Origin: Felis catus | Lineage: Eukaryota | DNA length: 64,000 nt | Assembly (NCBI RefSeq): GCF_018350175.1 | Contig: NC_058368.1 | Coordinates: 194,558,001-194,622,000, forward strand | Reading direction: 5' to 3' | In this document: one piece after another, positions 12,443 through 23,589 of the stretch | How positions within the stretch are numbered: position 1 is the stretch's first letter | How the letters are laid out: every line of letters begins with the position of its first letter | The notes under the pieces: generated by a model | Told to the model about the DNA's origin: nothing | The model's database searches: none | The model's input: only the letters and a program-made list of their open reading frames with translations | Program-made: the position numbers and the translations under genes

Positions 12443-12755
12443 TGCATGAATCTTTTTTAGGAAGGTCATGGGAAGAGGAATAGCTGGACCCAAGCAGGAT
12501 TTGTGTATTCCTGGGTCCTCTGGCCAAATATAATCATAGCAACCCCCCTTAATGACACACCAGTATCCCCTAACAGTTATATTCCACTTGTCAGGCAAGC
12601 CAGCCCTACAGGTAAATAAAGGAAGAATGATCTGACCTAAACTTCCAGACAATGGGGAAATTGGAATAAGGAAATGCATTCCTCTATTTCTTCTTGCGTC
12701 TTTTCTTGTGTCCTTCTTGCTCCCTTCTTGCCTGCCCAACACCCCTCACCCCCCG

Positions 12756-12757
<2 letters not shown>

Positions 12758-12804
<47 letters not shown>
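12758..12804 (+). repeat. (CA)n microsatellite, about 23 units
   Basis: Perfect CA run. Confidence 0.98.
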
Positions 12805-12806
<2 letters not shown>

Positions 12807-13349
12807 TTAAATAAGAGAGAGGTGAGATAACAAACCACTCCTGGCATCTGAGCTTACTTGAAATCCTCAGAGCTCCTGAAAATGAAGAAAGAAAGGCATG
12901 TGGCCTTCCATCCTAAGCCATTCTCCCACAGGCACTTCCTCTCCACCCTCCTTCCTTCGGGCAGATATATTCACCTTGTTAATCATTCTACCTGCATCAG
13001 AAAACATTACCTCCATGACCGCAAAATAGCAGCCTCATTACTGGAACCACAGCCTGAAGTCAGATGGATTTCCCCAAAGGCCCCCAAACCTTTCCCATTT
13101 TATTACCATGTCACTCCTCATTTTAACACATATTAATCACAAAGATACATTTTTCTTTGGCTATGGATTTAAGTGGCTCTTTCCAAGCACTTGGTAAAGG
13201 TTGGTTCAGGGGAGGAGGACAAAGGAACGATTAAATTTTCAAAGTCGTGTCTCTCTCCCAATTTGTATACACAGAAAGAAGGAACTATCGGGCTTGTTGC
13301 AGACTTCAAACATGTGTTAGGGACTCATTCCTCCTATGGGTAGGAGTCT

Positions 13350-13560
13350 GTAAAGCATGCTGAAGAAGAGTCTGGGGTTCAAACCATCCCGGTTTAAACC
13401 ATGGTTCCACTACTTACTACCTATGTGACCTTGGACAAATGGACTACCCTTTCTGAGCCTGTTTTCTCATCTATAAAATAGGAATACCTCCTCCCCAGGA
13501 GGCTGTCAGGCTCAAATAATGCAATCCAGTCCCTGGCTCACAGAAAGTGCTCAGTGTACA
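13350..13560 (+). mobile_element. MIR SINE
   Basis: ttccactacttactacctatgtgaccttggacaaatggactaccctttctgagcctgttttctcatctataaaatagga. Confidence 0.8.
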
Positions 13561-15109
13561 GTAGCCAACCTTTTTCTTCTTTTCCCTGGGTTACAGGAGC
13601 CACACTAAGAACTTCACCTTGCTCCATGAGGACAAGGACTACCCGAGCTAGTTTCCTTCCTCTTTACTGCTGCCTACAAAGACAGACTGCTGTCTGTCTC
13701 TGTACTTCTATTTTGTGTTGTTTTGTTTTGTCTCAGAATTCTCTGAAATCTTTAGGGGAAAAGCAAACTGTGTTCCCTATTTCTTTTACAGTTCCATGAA
13801 CTTCTCTCCTAGTTTCTGTTATTTCAGAAGCAGAACCCCTCCATCTTTCTAAGATAAAGAAGTTATTGATTAGGGTTGGAAAATCCATGGCAAAGAAGAA
13901 CACCAAAGTGTACAACTCCTTCATGCAAAGCCAGTGCTTTGGTGGGGCTTGGGGTCTGTTGAGTGGTGGGTCTGGGTTGCAGGGATCCAGCCTCTCTCTC
14001 TCATGCCAACCCCAGCCCCTCTTCTCAACCAATAGCTTGGCAATGCCAGAGACCTGCTCAGGGGCACAGGTGTGGACAATGACACAAAGGACACAAGGGA
14101 AAGCCCACTAGCTTTTATGAGGATCAAAACTATTATTGTGGCCTTGCAAAGGCTGAGCTCAAAGCATTAAGTCCACAAACATTAGTCAAGGATGGTTCAA
14201 GGGGAGAGCCAGAGTAACAGTGGGCTCAATGTCAGGGACTCTGAATTCCATATTGAGCCACCAATTGACTTTGGAACAATGGCCAAGACACACTTCATCT
14301 CCTGCCCTCAAGTTTCTTGGATATTAAATGAGGACATCTGATAGAACTCCCTCTGAGGCAGCTTTTGGCCCAAAGATTGTGTGTCTATGCTAGTGGACCC
14401 AATACTTGTATGAAAGTCACTTGCTCTTCAAGGTGTGTTAATTAATAAATGTAGTCACATTATATTCAAAGTGGAGACCCCAATCCATGTTGGGGCATTT
14501 CTGTCAAATATCAGTTGGATGCTTTGCCAGCAACAGATACTATTCTAACTCTTGCACAGAAAAAAAGGAAGTTAAATATATCAGCACTGGGTAGTGTTCA
14601 GAATTAAAGGCAGATAGTGAATGTCATAAATGTCATAGTTTTGTGAAGTCAGGCAAGAAGGGGAGGGTCTAGAGTTTTCCATGGAAGGAATCTGTGGACT
14701 ATCTTTCTCCCATGCAGCCTTAAGATGACTCAGCTCCGGCTTCTTGTCTTTCTTACATGTCTCCATCAAGATTTAAGCTCTGAGAAAGGAGAATCCGATT
14801 GGTCAGTCTTGGGCCACCTCTCTACTCTTGTAGGGAAGTAGAGGATCCTGTGACTGGCAACCCACCAAAGCCAAATGAGAGGAAAGGAGGGTAGTCCTCC
14901 TGAGGCTGACAAAAGGGAGTTCCTCTGTAGCCTGAGGTCTATTGGAGAAATTCAACTTCCACCACAAAGGCATGGCCACTGTGAGATTTTGTCTACCAGT
15001 TAATAGGGGGGAAGAAAAGGATTAGCGTTTGTCATCTCAAGCCTGAAATAGCTAGGTCATTACTGTCATGATATGAGCAGATTTGCCTGTACAGTTTTCC
15101 TTATAGAAC

Positions 15110-15310
15110 ATCTATCCTGAGCCAGCCCTCTGTTTGACCCTTGACTTTCCAATTTCTGAGAGAACATTATTAACCCCTTCTGCATAGGTGAAAGCCAGAA
15201 TTCAAAGAGGCTAAGTGAGCCGTTCAAGGCCACAGAGTGAGTAAGAAGCAAAGCTGGGATTTGAACACACATTTGTTTGGCTCCAAAGTCTGACCCTATT
15301 CACTGTACTC
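15110..15310 (-). mobile_element. MIR SINE
   Basis: agaggctaagtgagccgttcaaggccacagagtgagtaagaagcaaagctgggatttgaac. Confidence 0.7.
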
Positions 15311-16061
15311 TGTACTAACAGAATAAAGGACCAGGGAGCAAGGCCAAGAATCCTGAGGGCTTGGATGAAAACTTTTGCCTTGGTCTTCCCTGGCAGCACA
15401 CCCCTTCCAGAGAGGAGAGCCTGGAGACCAAGAAGGACCCTCAGGGAGGCACAGGGGATATTGAGACTTCACCCTTTACTAAACACAGTTCATACCTCCG
15501 GTTGCTTTTATCAAGCATTGGAAGTTTATAGCTTTTGATAAATAAAAAGAAGGCAAATATGATTTTTCAACTCCAAAACTGAGGAGGGAGAGAGAACGCA
15601 ATCATATTTCAATCCTCTCCAATGCTTCTACTCCTTAAGGTTTATTTGTGTTCCATAAAGGGACTGGGTTGAATAAGAAGAAAAAAATCTGAAACCCACC
15701 TTAAAAAGCTGGAAGTTATAGCTTTCCTTTTGAAAGGTGGTTTTTATTTCTGCTTCATTCCTATCAGGTGAGAATGAATAGCCTCAAGGTTCCCTTTTCT
15801 CAAATATTGAATCTTCTGTGTGCACTTTCGATTGAATCTGTGATTTGTCTCTCATTCATTTGAGCCGTAGAAAATTCCACTGCAGTGACAGGCCTTTGTG
15901 CTTTCCCAACTAGTAGACTAAAGGATCCAAATATCCCATTTCAGATAAGAAAACTTAAGACCAGAGTGTAGAGGTATTTTCTCAAAATTACTGTCAGGAG
16001 GACAGCACCTTATAATATAAAAACAGACACCCCTTCCCCCCAACAAAATGAGTGTGCATGT

Positions 16062-16227
16062 GGAGGTGTCTGGGTGGCTCAGTGGGTTGAGTGTCCGACT
16101 TCGGCTCAGGTCATGATCTCGCAGTTCATGAGTTCAAGCCCCGCATCAGGCTCTGTGCTGACAGCCCAGAGCCTGGAGCCTGCTTCGGATTCTGTGTCTC
16201 CCTCTCTCTCTGCCCCTCCCCTCCCCT

Positions 16228-16278
<51 letters not shown>

Positions 16279-16293
16279 AACAAACATTTAAAA
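16062..16293 (+). mobile_element. Can-SINE (felid)
   Basis: Perfect 17-bp TSD aaaatgagtgtgcatgt at 16045-16061 and 16294-16310. Confidence 0.96.
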
Positions 16294-16352
16294 AAAATGA
16301 GTGTGCATGTGTACATGTGTGTTTCTCAGTTTAGAATCAAGATAACAAATAA

Positions 16353-16572
16353 GGGGGCACCTGGGTGACTCAGTCAGTTGAGTGTCTGACTCTTGATCTC
16401 GGTTCAGGTCACAGTCTCACAGTTCGCGAGATCAAGCCCCTCATCAGTGGGCTCTATGCTAACAGCATGGACCATGCTTGGGATTCTTTCTCACCACTTT
16501 CCCCCTCTGCCCCTCCCCCACTCACTCTCATTCTCTCAAATTAAATACATAAATATTTAAAAAAAAAAAATA
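16353..16572 (+). mobile_element. Can-SINE (older subfamily)
   Basis: Head gggggcacctgggtgactcagtcagttgag; left TSD ataacaaata (16342), right copy displaced to 16797 by the next SINE. Confidence 0.93.
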
Positions 16573-16796
16573 GGGGCGCCTGGGTGGCGCAGTCAGTTAA
16601 GCGTCCGACTTCAGCCAGGTCACAATCTCGCGGTCCGTGAGTTCGAGCCCCGCATCGGGCTCTGGGCTGATGACTCGGAGCCTGGAGCCTGTTTCCGATT
16701 CTGTGTCTCCCTCTCTCTCTGCCCCTCCCCCGTTCATGCTCTGTCTCTCTCTGTCCCAAAAATAAATAAAAAACGTTGAAAAAAAATAAAAAAAAA
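16573..16796 (+). mobile_element. Young felid-specific Can-SINE inserted in the tail of the preceding SINE
   Basis: Diagnostic gcgcagtcagttaagcgtccgacttcagccaggtcacaatctcgcggtccgtgag; CpGs intact; tail aaacgttgaaaaaa. Confidence 0.96.
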
Positions 16797-17078
16797 ATAA
16801 CAAATAGGCATCTTCCTGCCAACTCTGACCCATTGGTGCAGTGCCTTCCCATATCACTGAGTAGTGACAGCTTATGTGTCCATATCCACGCCCAGCAGGA
16901 ATAGCTCTTGTGTGATTCCCACTGTTTGCTGTGCTCATCGGAGTGATGGGATATTTTCTGAGTGTGTGTTGAGTAATACAGTGAGATTCTGGTTCAAAAT
17001 AGATTAAGATCAGTGTCTCAGATCTATTAAGGGTCAAGGAGAGAGAAAATGACAGAAAAGTAGACTTGCATAGTTGAC

Positions 17079-17514
17079 TGTCATCATTTTAAGAACAGTC
17101 ATGGAGAGGTCATGACAGCTGGTTGACAGAATAAGCTGGACCCCAGCAACAGAAGGCTTCTCACCCCTCCTCTGTCCTTGGAATGTGCCTCTCAAGTGCC
17201 TTCCTTGTTCCCAGAAGCTGGGAACATAGCCTTAAGGACACTGATGTGGTATTGAGAGCATTTGGACAGTATACATGACTGAATCCAGTTGAAGCCTCTA
17301 TATAAATTTTTAAGATTCTGGTAAGCAGGTGTGGAGATCTACTTTGTCTTGTGGCCACCCAAGACAAGCCTTGTAAGTAAGTTTCCCCCACTTATGAAAC
17401 CTGCCACCTACCAATCTGGAGTAGTTTGCCTCTTTCCTGTTTCTCCCTGCTCTCTTCTTCAGGGACAGTTTCAGATTACACCGAGGAAGCTCCCAAGGAG
17501 GTTCCAAACTGACA
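17079..17514 (+). mobile_element. ERV1-class solo LTR, carnivore type (CarLTR1-like)
   Basis: TGTCA...TGACA termini, TATA-like tatataaa near 17299, 3' end cagtttcagattacaccgaggaagctcccaaggaggttccaaactgaca; no TSD recognised. Confidence 0.7.
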
Positions 17515-17705
17515 TACCAAACAATACACAGTAGCAACTCCCTTGCCCTACCACTCCCCCATTTCTGCTCTTATCCTTTGAACCACTTGGGCTCTGGGGA
17601 AGCTCTAAATTCTTGAGAGAAGTTATTGCTTTAGTTATTTCCCTGTTAGCTTCCCATTTGTTAGTTCATTCCTTAATTATCAGGTAGTATATTAAGTGTC
17701 AGTAA

Positions 17706-18150
17706 CACAGTTGTCCTCAAACATGGCTGCACATTACAATCGTCTGGGGAGCTTTTAGAACTCTCAGTGCCCAGGCCACATGCCAAATATACCAGAATGA
17801 CTGTGGAGTGCCCAGGTCACATGCCAAATACACCAGAACGACTGTAGATAGGAGGAAGTTATCACTAGTTTTAAAAGATCCTCAGGTGGGGTGCCTGGGG
17901 GACTCAGTTGGATGAGATCCAACTTCAGCTCAGGTCACAATCTTGTGGTTCGTGAGTTCAAGCCCCATGTCGGGCTCTGTGCTGACAGTGCAGAGCCTGC
18001 TTCAGATTCTGTGTCTCCCTCTCTCTCTGTCCCTCCCCTGCTTGTTCTCTCCTCCCACCCCCCCCTCTCAAAAATAAATTTAAAAATTAAAAATAAAATA
18101 AAATATCCTCATATGATTCCAATGTGCGTCAAAGTCTGGGGACTAGTGAA
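17706..18150. mobile_element. MER5A-like MITE with an internal 41-bp tandem duplication, split by a Can-SINE
   Basis: cagttgtcctcaaacatggctgcacattacaatcgtctggggagctttta...tgattccaatgtgcgtcaaagtctgggga. Confidence 0.7.
17888..18100 (+). mobile_element. Can-SINE
   Basis: SINE body and A-tail; degenerate TSD aaa(g/t)atcctca. Confidence 0.92.
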
Positions 18151-19011
18151 CTAATGTCTAAGCAAGTGAGAACAGAGGTGATTCCAGAAGCCCAGAAGTA
18201 ACAAATAGGGGTACTAGAACCAAAGTTCTGGCTTAAAACTCTGTGAGCATTCATATTCTGGCAAAGCAAATGAAGGGTCCCCATGTAAAGACCTCAAAAA
18301 CTCTTTCAGGACGAACTAAAGGAAGTGGTACTTACAGCAGGAATTCACCAACTTCTAAGAGGTAGAAGAGACCTCAAATATAAATAGAATTATATGACTT
18401 TAGGTAGACCCATGAATGACAAGTAAACATGTTATCAGAATCATGGAATGTCAAAGCTAGGACAAGCAAAAGATATTACCATTATCATCTAATCCAACTT
18501 AAGGCTGGAGAACCTGGGACCCAGAGAGAGAAAAGAACTTACAGCCACTCAGTGAATTAATGGTGCTCCAGAACCTTATCTGAGGTCCTCAAACTCAGGT
18601 CCCTCTAATGGTCTCACTGTCCCTTACTGTTACTCTGCTCTTTCTTTGGGACCCAAGTTGTCCAAAATGGAACGAGTTATTCCTCTACTCCCACCCCTAT
18701 CTCCCCCAACCCCCAGTGGCCTTATCCAAAACTATAGTGGTCACCTTTGATTTCTCCGTGCCTTTCCCTCTCTGTAGCTAACCCAGCAGCAAGTCCTTTA
18801 GAGTCTATCTCCAACTGTGTGTTCAACCTGTCCACATCTTGCCATCTTCCTTAACATCACTCCTATTCAGAGCCACTGGACTCTTCCTTGAGTCATTGTT
18901 TCTGTCTCCTGGCTTTTCTCTCTGGTCCATTCTCCACATGGCAGCTCAGTTGGCATTCTTAAAATGCAAATCACATCATGCAGTTGCCTTGCTTAGAAAT
19001 GATTTCAAAGG

Positions 19012-19231
19012 GGGGCGCCTGGGTGGCTCAGTTGGTTGAGCCTCCGACTTCGACTCAGGTCATGATCTCACAGTTCGTGGGTCCGAGCCCCGTGTCAGGC
19101 TCTGTGCTGACCGCTTGCTCAGAGCCTGGAGCCTGCTTCAGATTCTGTGTCTCCTCTCTCTGCCCCTCCCCCACTCACGCTTTGTCTCACTCTGTTTCTC
19201 AAAAATAAATAAATGTAAAAAAAAAGAAGAA
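19012..19231 (+). mobile_element. Can-SINE (felid)
   Basis: TSD agaaa(t/g)gatttcaaagg at 18995-19011 and 19232-19248. Confidence 0.95.
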
Positions 19232-19279
19232 AGAAAGGATTTCAAAGGGTTCCTACTGCACTTAAAATTTCAAACTCCT

Positions 19280-19513
19280 GGGGCGCCTGGGTGGCGCAGT
19301 CGGTTAAGCGTCCGACTTCAGCCAGGTCACGATCTCGCGGTCTGTGAGTTCGAGCCCCGCGTCGGGCTCTGGGCTGATGGCTCAGAGCCTGGAGCCTGTT
19401 TCCGATTCTGTGTCTCCCTCTCTCTCTGCCCCTCCCCTGTTCATGCTCTGTTTCTCTCTGTCCCAAAAATAAAAATAAAAAATAAACGTTGAAAAAAAAA
19501 TTAAAAAAAAAAA
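19280..19513 (+). mobile_element. Young felid-specific Can-SINE
   Basis: Diagnostic cagccaggtcacgatctcgcgg; TSD ttcaaactcct at 19269-19279 and 19514-19524. Confidence 0.96.
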
Positions 19514-20779
19514 TTCAAACTCCTTACCGAGAACCATAGGCTGTCAATGTTCTGGGCTCTGTTGCTCCCCAACCTCAGCTCGGGCCACTCTATACTTACT
19601 CACTAAGCTCTAGGCCGTGCTGGTTTCTTTAGGTTCCTAGAATACTCCAAATCCTCTCCAGCCCCAGAACTTCTGCCCATGATGTTTTCTACCTGAAATG
19701 CCCCACCCCACTCCTTTCACTTGGCTAACTCCTTGTGGGTCGTCAGTTCTCAGCTTAAAGAGCTCTTCCCTTTTTCCTCTAATCACCATACTCACAGGTC
19801 TCTCCCTGTTATGTCCAATCTTGGCCCCCTTTATTTCCTTTCTAACATTTAATACCACTTGTAATTATTTCATCTATGTATTGGCTTATTTTCTTTTTTT
19901 CTTTTTCTCCTCCACTAGAAAATGAGCTCCACAGGGAGGAAAATAAATACATTGGCTTGTTCGTTCTTGTATTTATCCCTGGCATCTAACTGAATAGCTG
20001 TTTATTAAAGAATTGTTGAATGAACTAATGAACGAATGAATGAATGAGTGAATGAGTGAATGAAAATAGATGACATTACCATGACGTTAAGCTGTCTTGG
20101 AGGCTTCAGGACAAGGTTGGGTTAATGACCAAGCCAGGACCAGAACTCAGGACTCCTGATTACAATGCTAATATTCGCTACTCAGATAACGTCACCTGGT
20201 GAAGGGATTCAGGGCCATGTAGGATACTCCCACAGAACCTCTTGGTGCCCCACAAAGACAGACCCCCAGTGAGACAAAATTCAACAACTTATGAAAGATG
20301 TTGTGAACACTTTCAATGACTCTGACTGCAGCTTTGGCTACAGAAAGGAACAAGCTGGAAGTGAACAAGTACTTTCTCTTGTTTTGAGTCTGGCTCTGCC
20401 ATTTCTGGTAACATTCAGAGCCACTGATTTGAGCTGTGTCTCGATATCCTCGCCTGCTAAATGGGGATAATAAGTCTATGCTGAATATTCCTAGAATAAT
20501 AGTGAGGAATAAAGGAGATAGTAGTGGAAGGTGGATTTCAAGACCTCACAGTACTGTCTGTATCCATCAGAGCAATATTGTTGTTGTTTCTATCAGCTTT
20601 AGGATTTACAATGTATTCTGTTTTACCAAGTCTTTCTTTTTGTCTCTCTCTCTCTTCCAGACCTAATTCTTTTGTTTAATAATAATGAGGAGGATGAGGA
20701 GAAGGAACTGGGAGGAAAAAAAAGGAGAAGAAAAGAAAGAGGAGGAGGACGATAAGACAAAAAAGAAGGGGAGAAGCAG

Positions 20780-20995
20780 CTAACAGTGATCATCTTCTGT
20801 AAGCCAGACTTTATAGATGTAATTCACCAACTTCCTCTGAGGAAACTTCCATTGTCATATCTGTATTATAGATGAGAAAACTGAGGCTCAGAGAGAAAGT
20901 AATGCTCTCATACAACACGGTAGTTAAATAGCAAGATGGAAGTCAGACAAGGGTCCACTTGACTCCAAAGCCCATGCTTTTTCTACCATGCCACA
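20780..20995 (-). mobile_element. MIR SINE
   Basis: tatagatgagaaaactgaggctcagagag...gactccaaagcccatgctttttctaccatgccaca. Confidence 0.8.
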
Positions 20996-21215
20996 CGATC
21001 TCCCTTGATTCATGGAAAAAGTATCTGAGCAAGAGTGAAGAGTAAAAGCCAGCCACACCAACACTCAGTCTGCGGGCACGTTTACAGCTGGATGTCATTG
21101 TTGTATTTGACTACCAAAGTGGCTGTAAGAAATCATGTTAGACACAGAGATGGGTGGGAGAACTGCACCTGTTGGCAAATACCCCACAAATCTGCCCTAT
21201 ACGTTTATGGACATG

Positions 21216-21465
21216 TTTCTTTTTTGTGGTAAAATACACAGGACACAAAATTTACCTTTTTAACCATGTTAAAATGTATAATTCTACGGCACTTAGTACA
21301 CTCACAATGTTGTGCACCCATCACCCCTACCTAGTTCTAACACATTTCCATCACCCCCAAAGAAGACTCCACAGAACCCATTAAAGCAGTCACTCCCCAG
21401 GACCCTCCCCCTCCATCAATCTACTGTTAACTATCAGTCTACTTTGCGTCCCCATGGATTTATGC
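21216..21465 (-). mobile_element. L1MB-like 3' end
   Basis: gtggtaaaatacacaggacacaaaatttacc...cacttagtacactcacaatgttgtgcacccatcacc...cccattaaagcagtcactcccc. Confidence 0.85.
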
Positions 21466-21779
21466 AAACTCTCCTAGTTCCCTCTTGCATAATGCACTTG
21501 GACAAGACCCTTGAAAGATGGCTCTTTCAGAAAACAGCAGCTCCCTGTCTACTCAAGGTTCTGCCACAGCATTTTCACCTGGCTCCCCGGGGAGCTGCCT
21601 GCTGATTACCTAATTGAAAAGCACAGGAGCCAGTGAACGGGCAGTTCCTTCCCCCCAGGGGAGCCGTTGCGCCAGCAAATGAGGACGTGTAAGAACATTA
21701 GTGCTCATTAGAAGATACCCAGATCTCTGGGGACAAGCCTGGCATTTCAAGAACAAAGGTGGGCAGGACTACAGGGTGA

Positions 21780-22625
21780 CTGCAGTGGCACCAACAAAGG
21801 GTTTGGCATTGGACAGACCCAAATTGAATCCTGGCTCCTCCACCTTGATCCAGTCACTCTACCTTCCTGGGCCTCTGTTTTCAATTTTGTAAAATCGGGT
21901 TGGTAAAACCTATACCTTGCTAGGTTTAGGGGAGGTAAAAGGGATTCAATGAGACAGTCAATATATGTTTGCTATGTCTTTAATTTTTGGATCCCTGCCA
22001 ACTTGGGACGATGCTACATCTACTGTTCATGATCTGAAAATTAAGAGAAATGATAAGGATCTATCTTCACCATGTGCAAAAATAGGCATTGTGTTGTCTC
22101 TGCTGAGGTGAAAAACAAATGCAGTAAATTTCGGGTCAAATCTTGGTTTCATTCCTATCTGGTATCTGGGCCAAGCATTTCCCTTTAAACAAATTAAAAG
22201 CCTCCATTTGCTTTCCTTTATACTGGTTGAAATTATATATATTACTGCTATTATAACAACTTGCAACCTACTTCTACGTACTTCAGTTGGTGGAGAAAAT
22301 CAATTATCGAAACAAACCACAATCTAGTCACTGTGCCAGGTTTAGTTCAAAAGGTATTTTCTATATGCCAGACAGCATTCTGAGTAACGGTTAAAGATTA
22401 ATGAGATAAGAATATTGTAATCAGACAGCCTGAACTTCAAATCCCAACTACGCTAACTACATGACTTCAAACAAGTTACTTTCATCAAGGCTCAACTTGC
22501 CCATCTATATAATAGAGATGACAATACTAACTCCGTAAGGTTACTTTGAGAATTAAATGAGATCATCTATACCAGGTATTCAGCACAGTATACCAAGTCG
22601 ACTGTCAAGAAATGTTAGATAGAAT
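21780..22625 (+). mobile_element. Three tandem MIR fragments (about 21780-21960, 22100-22260, 22390-22625)
   Basis: Each shows an aatc(c/t)tggctc-type head plus core or tail motifs such as ttgtaaaatcggg and gagaattaaatgagat. Confidence 0.65.
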
Positions 22626-22740
22626 TATGATTTTTAATAATAAGCAAACTCAGTGACATACAGAGATGAGTTTTATTGGACAAAAACTCTGGAAGCCTAA
22701 GAGTGCAATATTAATACTGTTTTCTGGAGGCAGACATGCC

Positions 22741-22942
22741 TTTTTTTTTTTTTTAAGTTTATTTTATTTTGGAGGAGAGAGAGAGAATGAGTGGGGAAGG
22801 GGCAGAGAGCGAGAATCCCAAGCCAGCTCTGCACTTTCAGCACAGAGCCCCATATCGAGCTTGAACTCATGAACCATAAGATCATGACCTGAGCCGAAAT
22901 CAAGGGCCAGGTGCTTAATGGACTGAGCCACGCAGGTGCCCC
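22741..22942 (-). mobile_element. Can-SINE
   Basis: T-tail, SINE body, head ...ctgagccacgcaggtgcccc. Confidence 0.93.
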
Positions 22943-22949
22943 AGAGGGA

Positions 22950-23585
22950 GTAACGTCTTAGAGGATAAGTATGAATTAGGCAGATGGTGAAAGCAAGTTC
23001 ATTCCAAGAGGAGTGAACAGCATTAAGCAAAGGCAAAGAAGGCACGGAGCCAAGTGTATGATGGGAGCTGTAAGCGGCTCGCTGTGAGGGAGTGAGAGGT
23101 CAGAGAAGCAGATCCAGATGAGGAAAGACCCTGTGGGCCAGACCACCATTCAGCCTATATCCTGAGGGCAGTGAGGGCACCACTGGAAGGTTTTGAGAAG
23201 GGAAGTGACACTCTCTGCTCTGCATTCCAGAGGGTTCCCTCTGGCAGTTGCAGGTAGGATGAGTTTAAAAAGGAGAATTCAGGAAAAGAGGGAGACCAGT
23301 TAGGAAGCTGTTGGCATCATTCAGATGACGTAACTGAACTAAGGCAATGGCAGCAAAGACAAAGAGAAAAAACAGTTCAAAAAAAGTATAACAAAAATAT
23401 TTAAAAGTAAATCCAAGAGATGTGGAGAATGATTGGGGTTGAAGGAGAGGTTGAACGGAGGTTTCTAGCTGGGTGTCTGCCGATAAGGTGGGGCCCTTTA
23501 TGCTAACAAGAAACACTAGGGATGGACAAGTCTTCAGGGGAAGGATGAGGAGTTCCCTTTTATCACATAAAGGGCATTTCACGTG
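22950..23585 (-). mobile_element. L2 LINE fragment
   Basis: ccactggaaggttttgagaagggaagtgaca...gggagaccagttaggaagctgttg. Confidence 0.75.
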
Positions 23586-23589
23586 GAGG

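Larger units (their letters stand above)
18650..20063 (+). mobile_element. L2 LINE 3' portion, split by two Can-SINEs
   Basis: tccattctccacatggcagc...ttaaaatgcaaatcacatcatg, ending in a (TGAA)n tail at 20017-20063. Confidence 0.8.

Noticed and set aside
16541..17037. ORFs of 103-146 aa, and similar ones at 2576, 19115, 19242, 43055, 43813, 47533 and 58813 with motifs such as RGRGRERGRHRI or GAEREGDTESE
   Set aside because: They are translations of Can-SINE sequence. The recurring peptide reflects the repeat, not a protein family.
18330..18375. Other tiny minus-strand acceptor-donor pairs (19 nt near 18336-18354; 26 nt near 39153-39178)
   Set aside because: They are not frame-preserving and have no supporting motifs. 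They show that such pairs arise by chance and temper the microexon finding.
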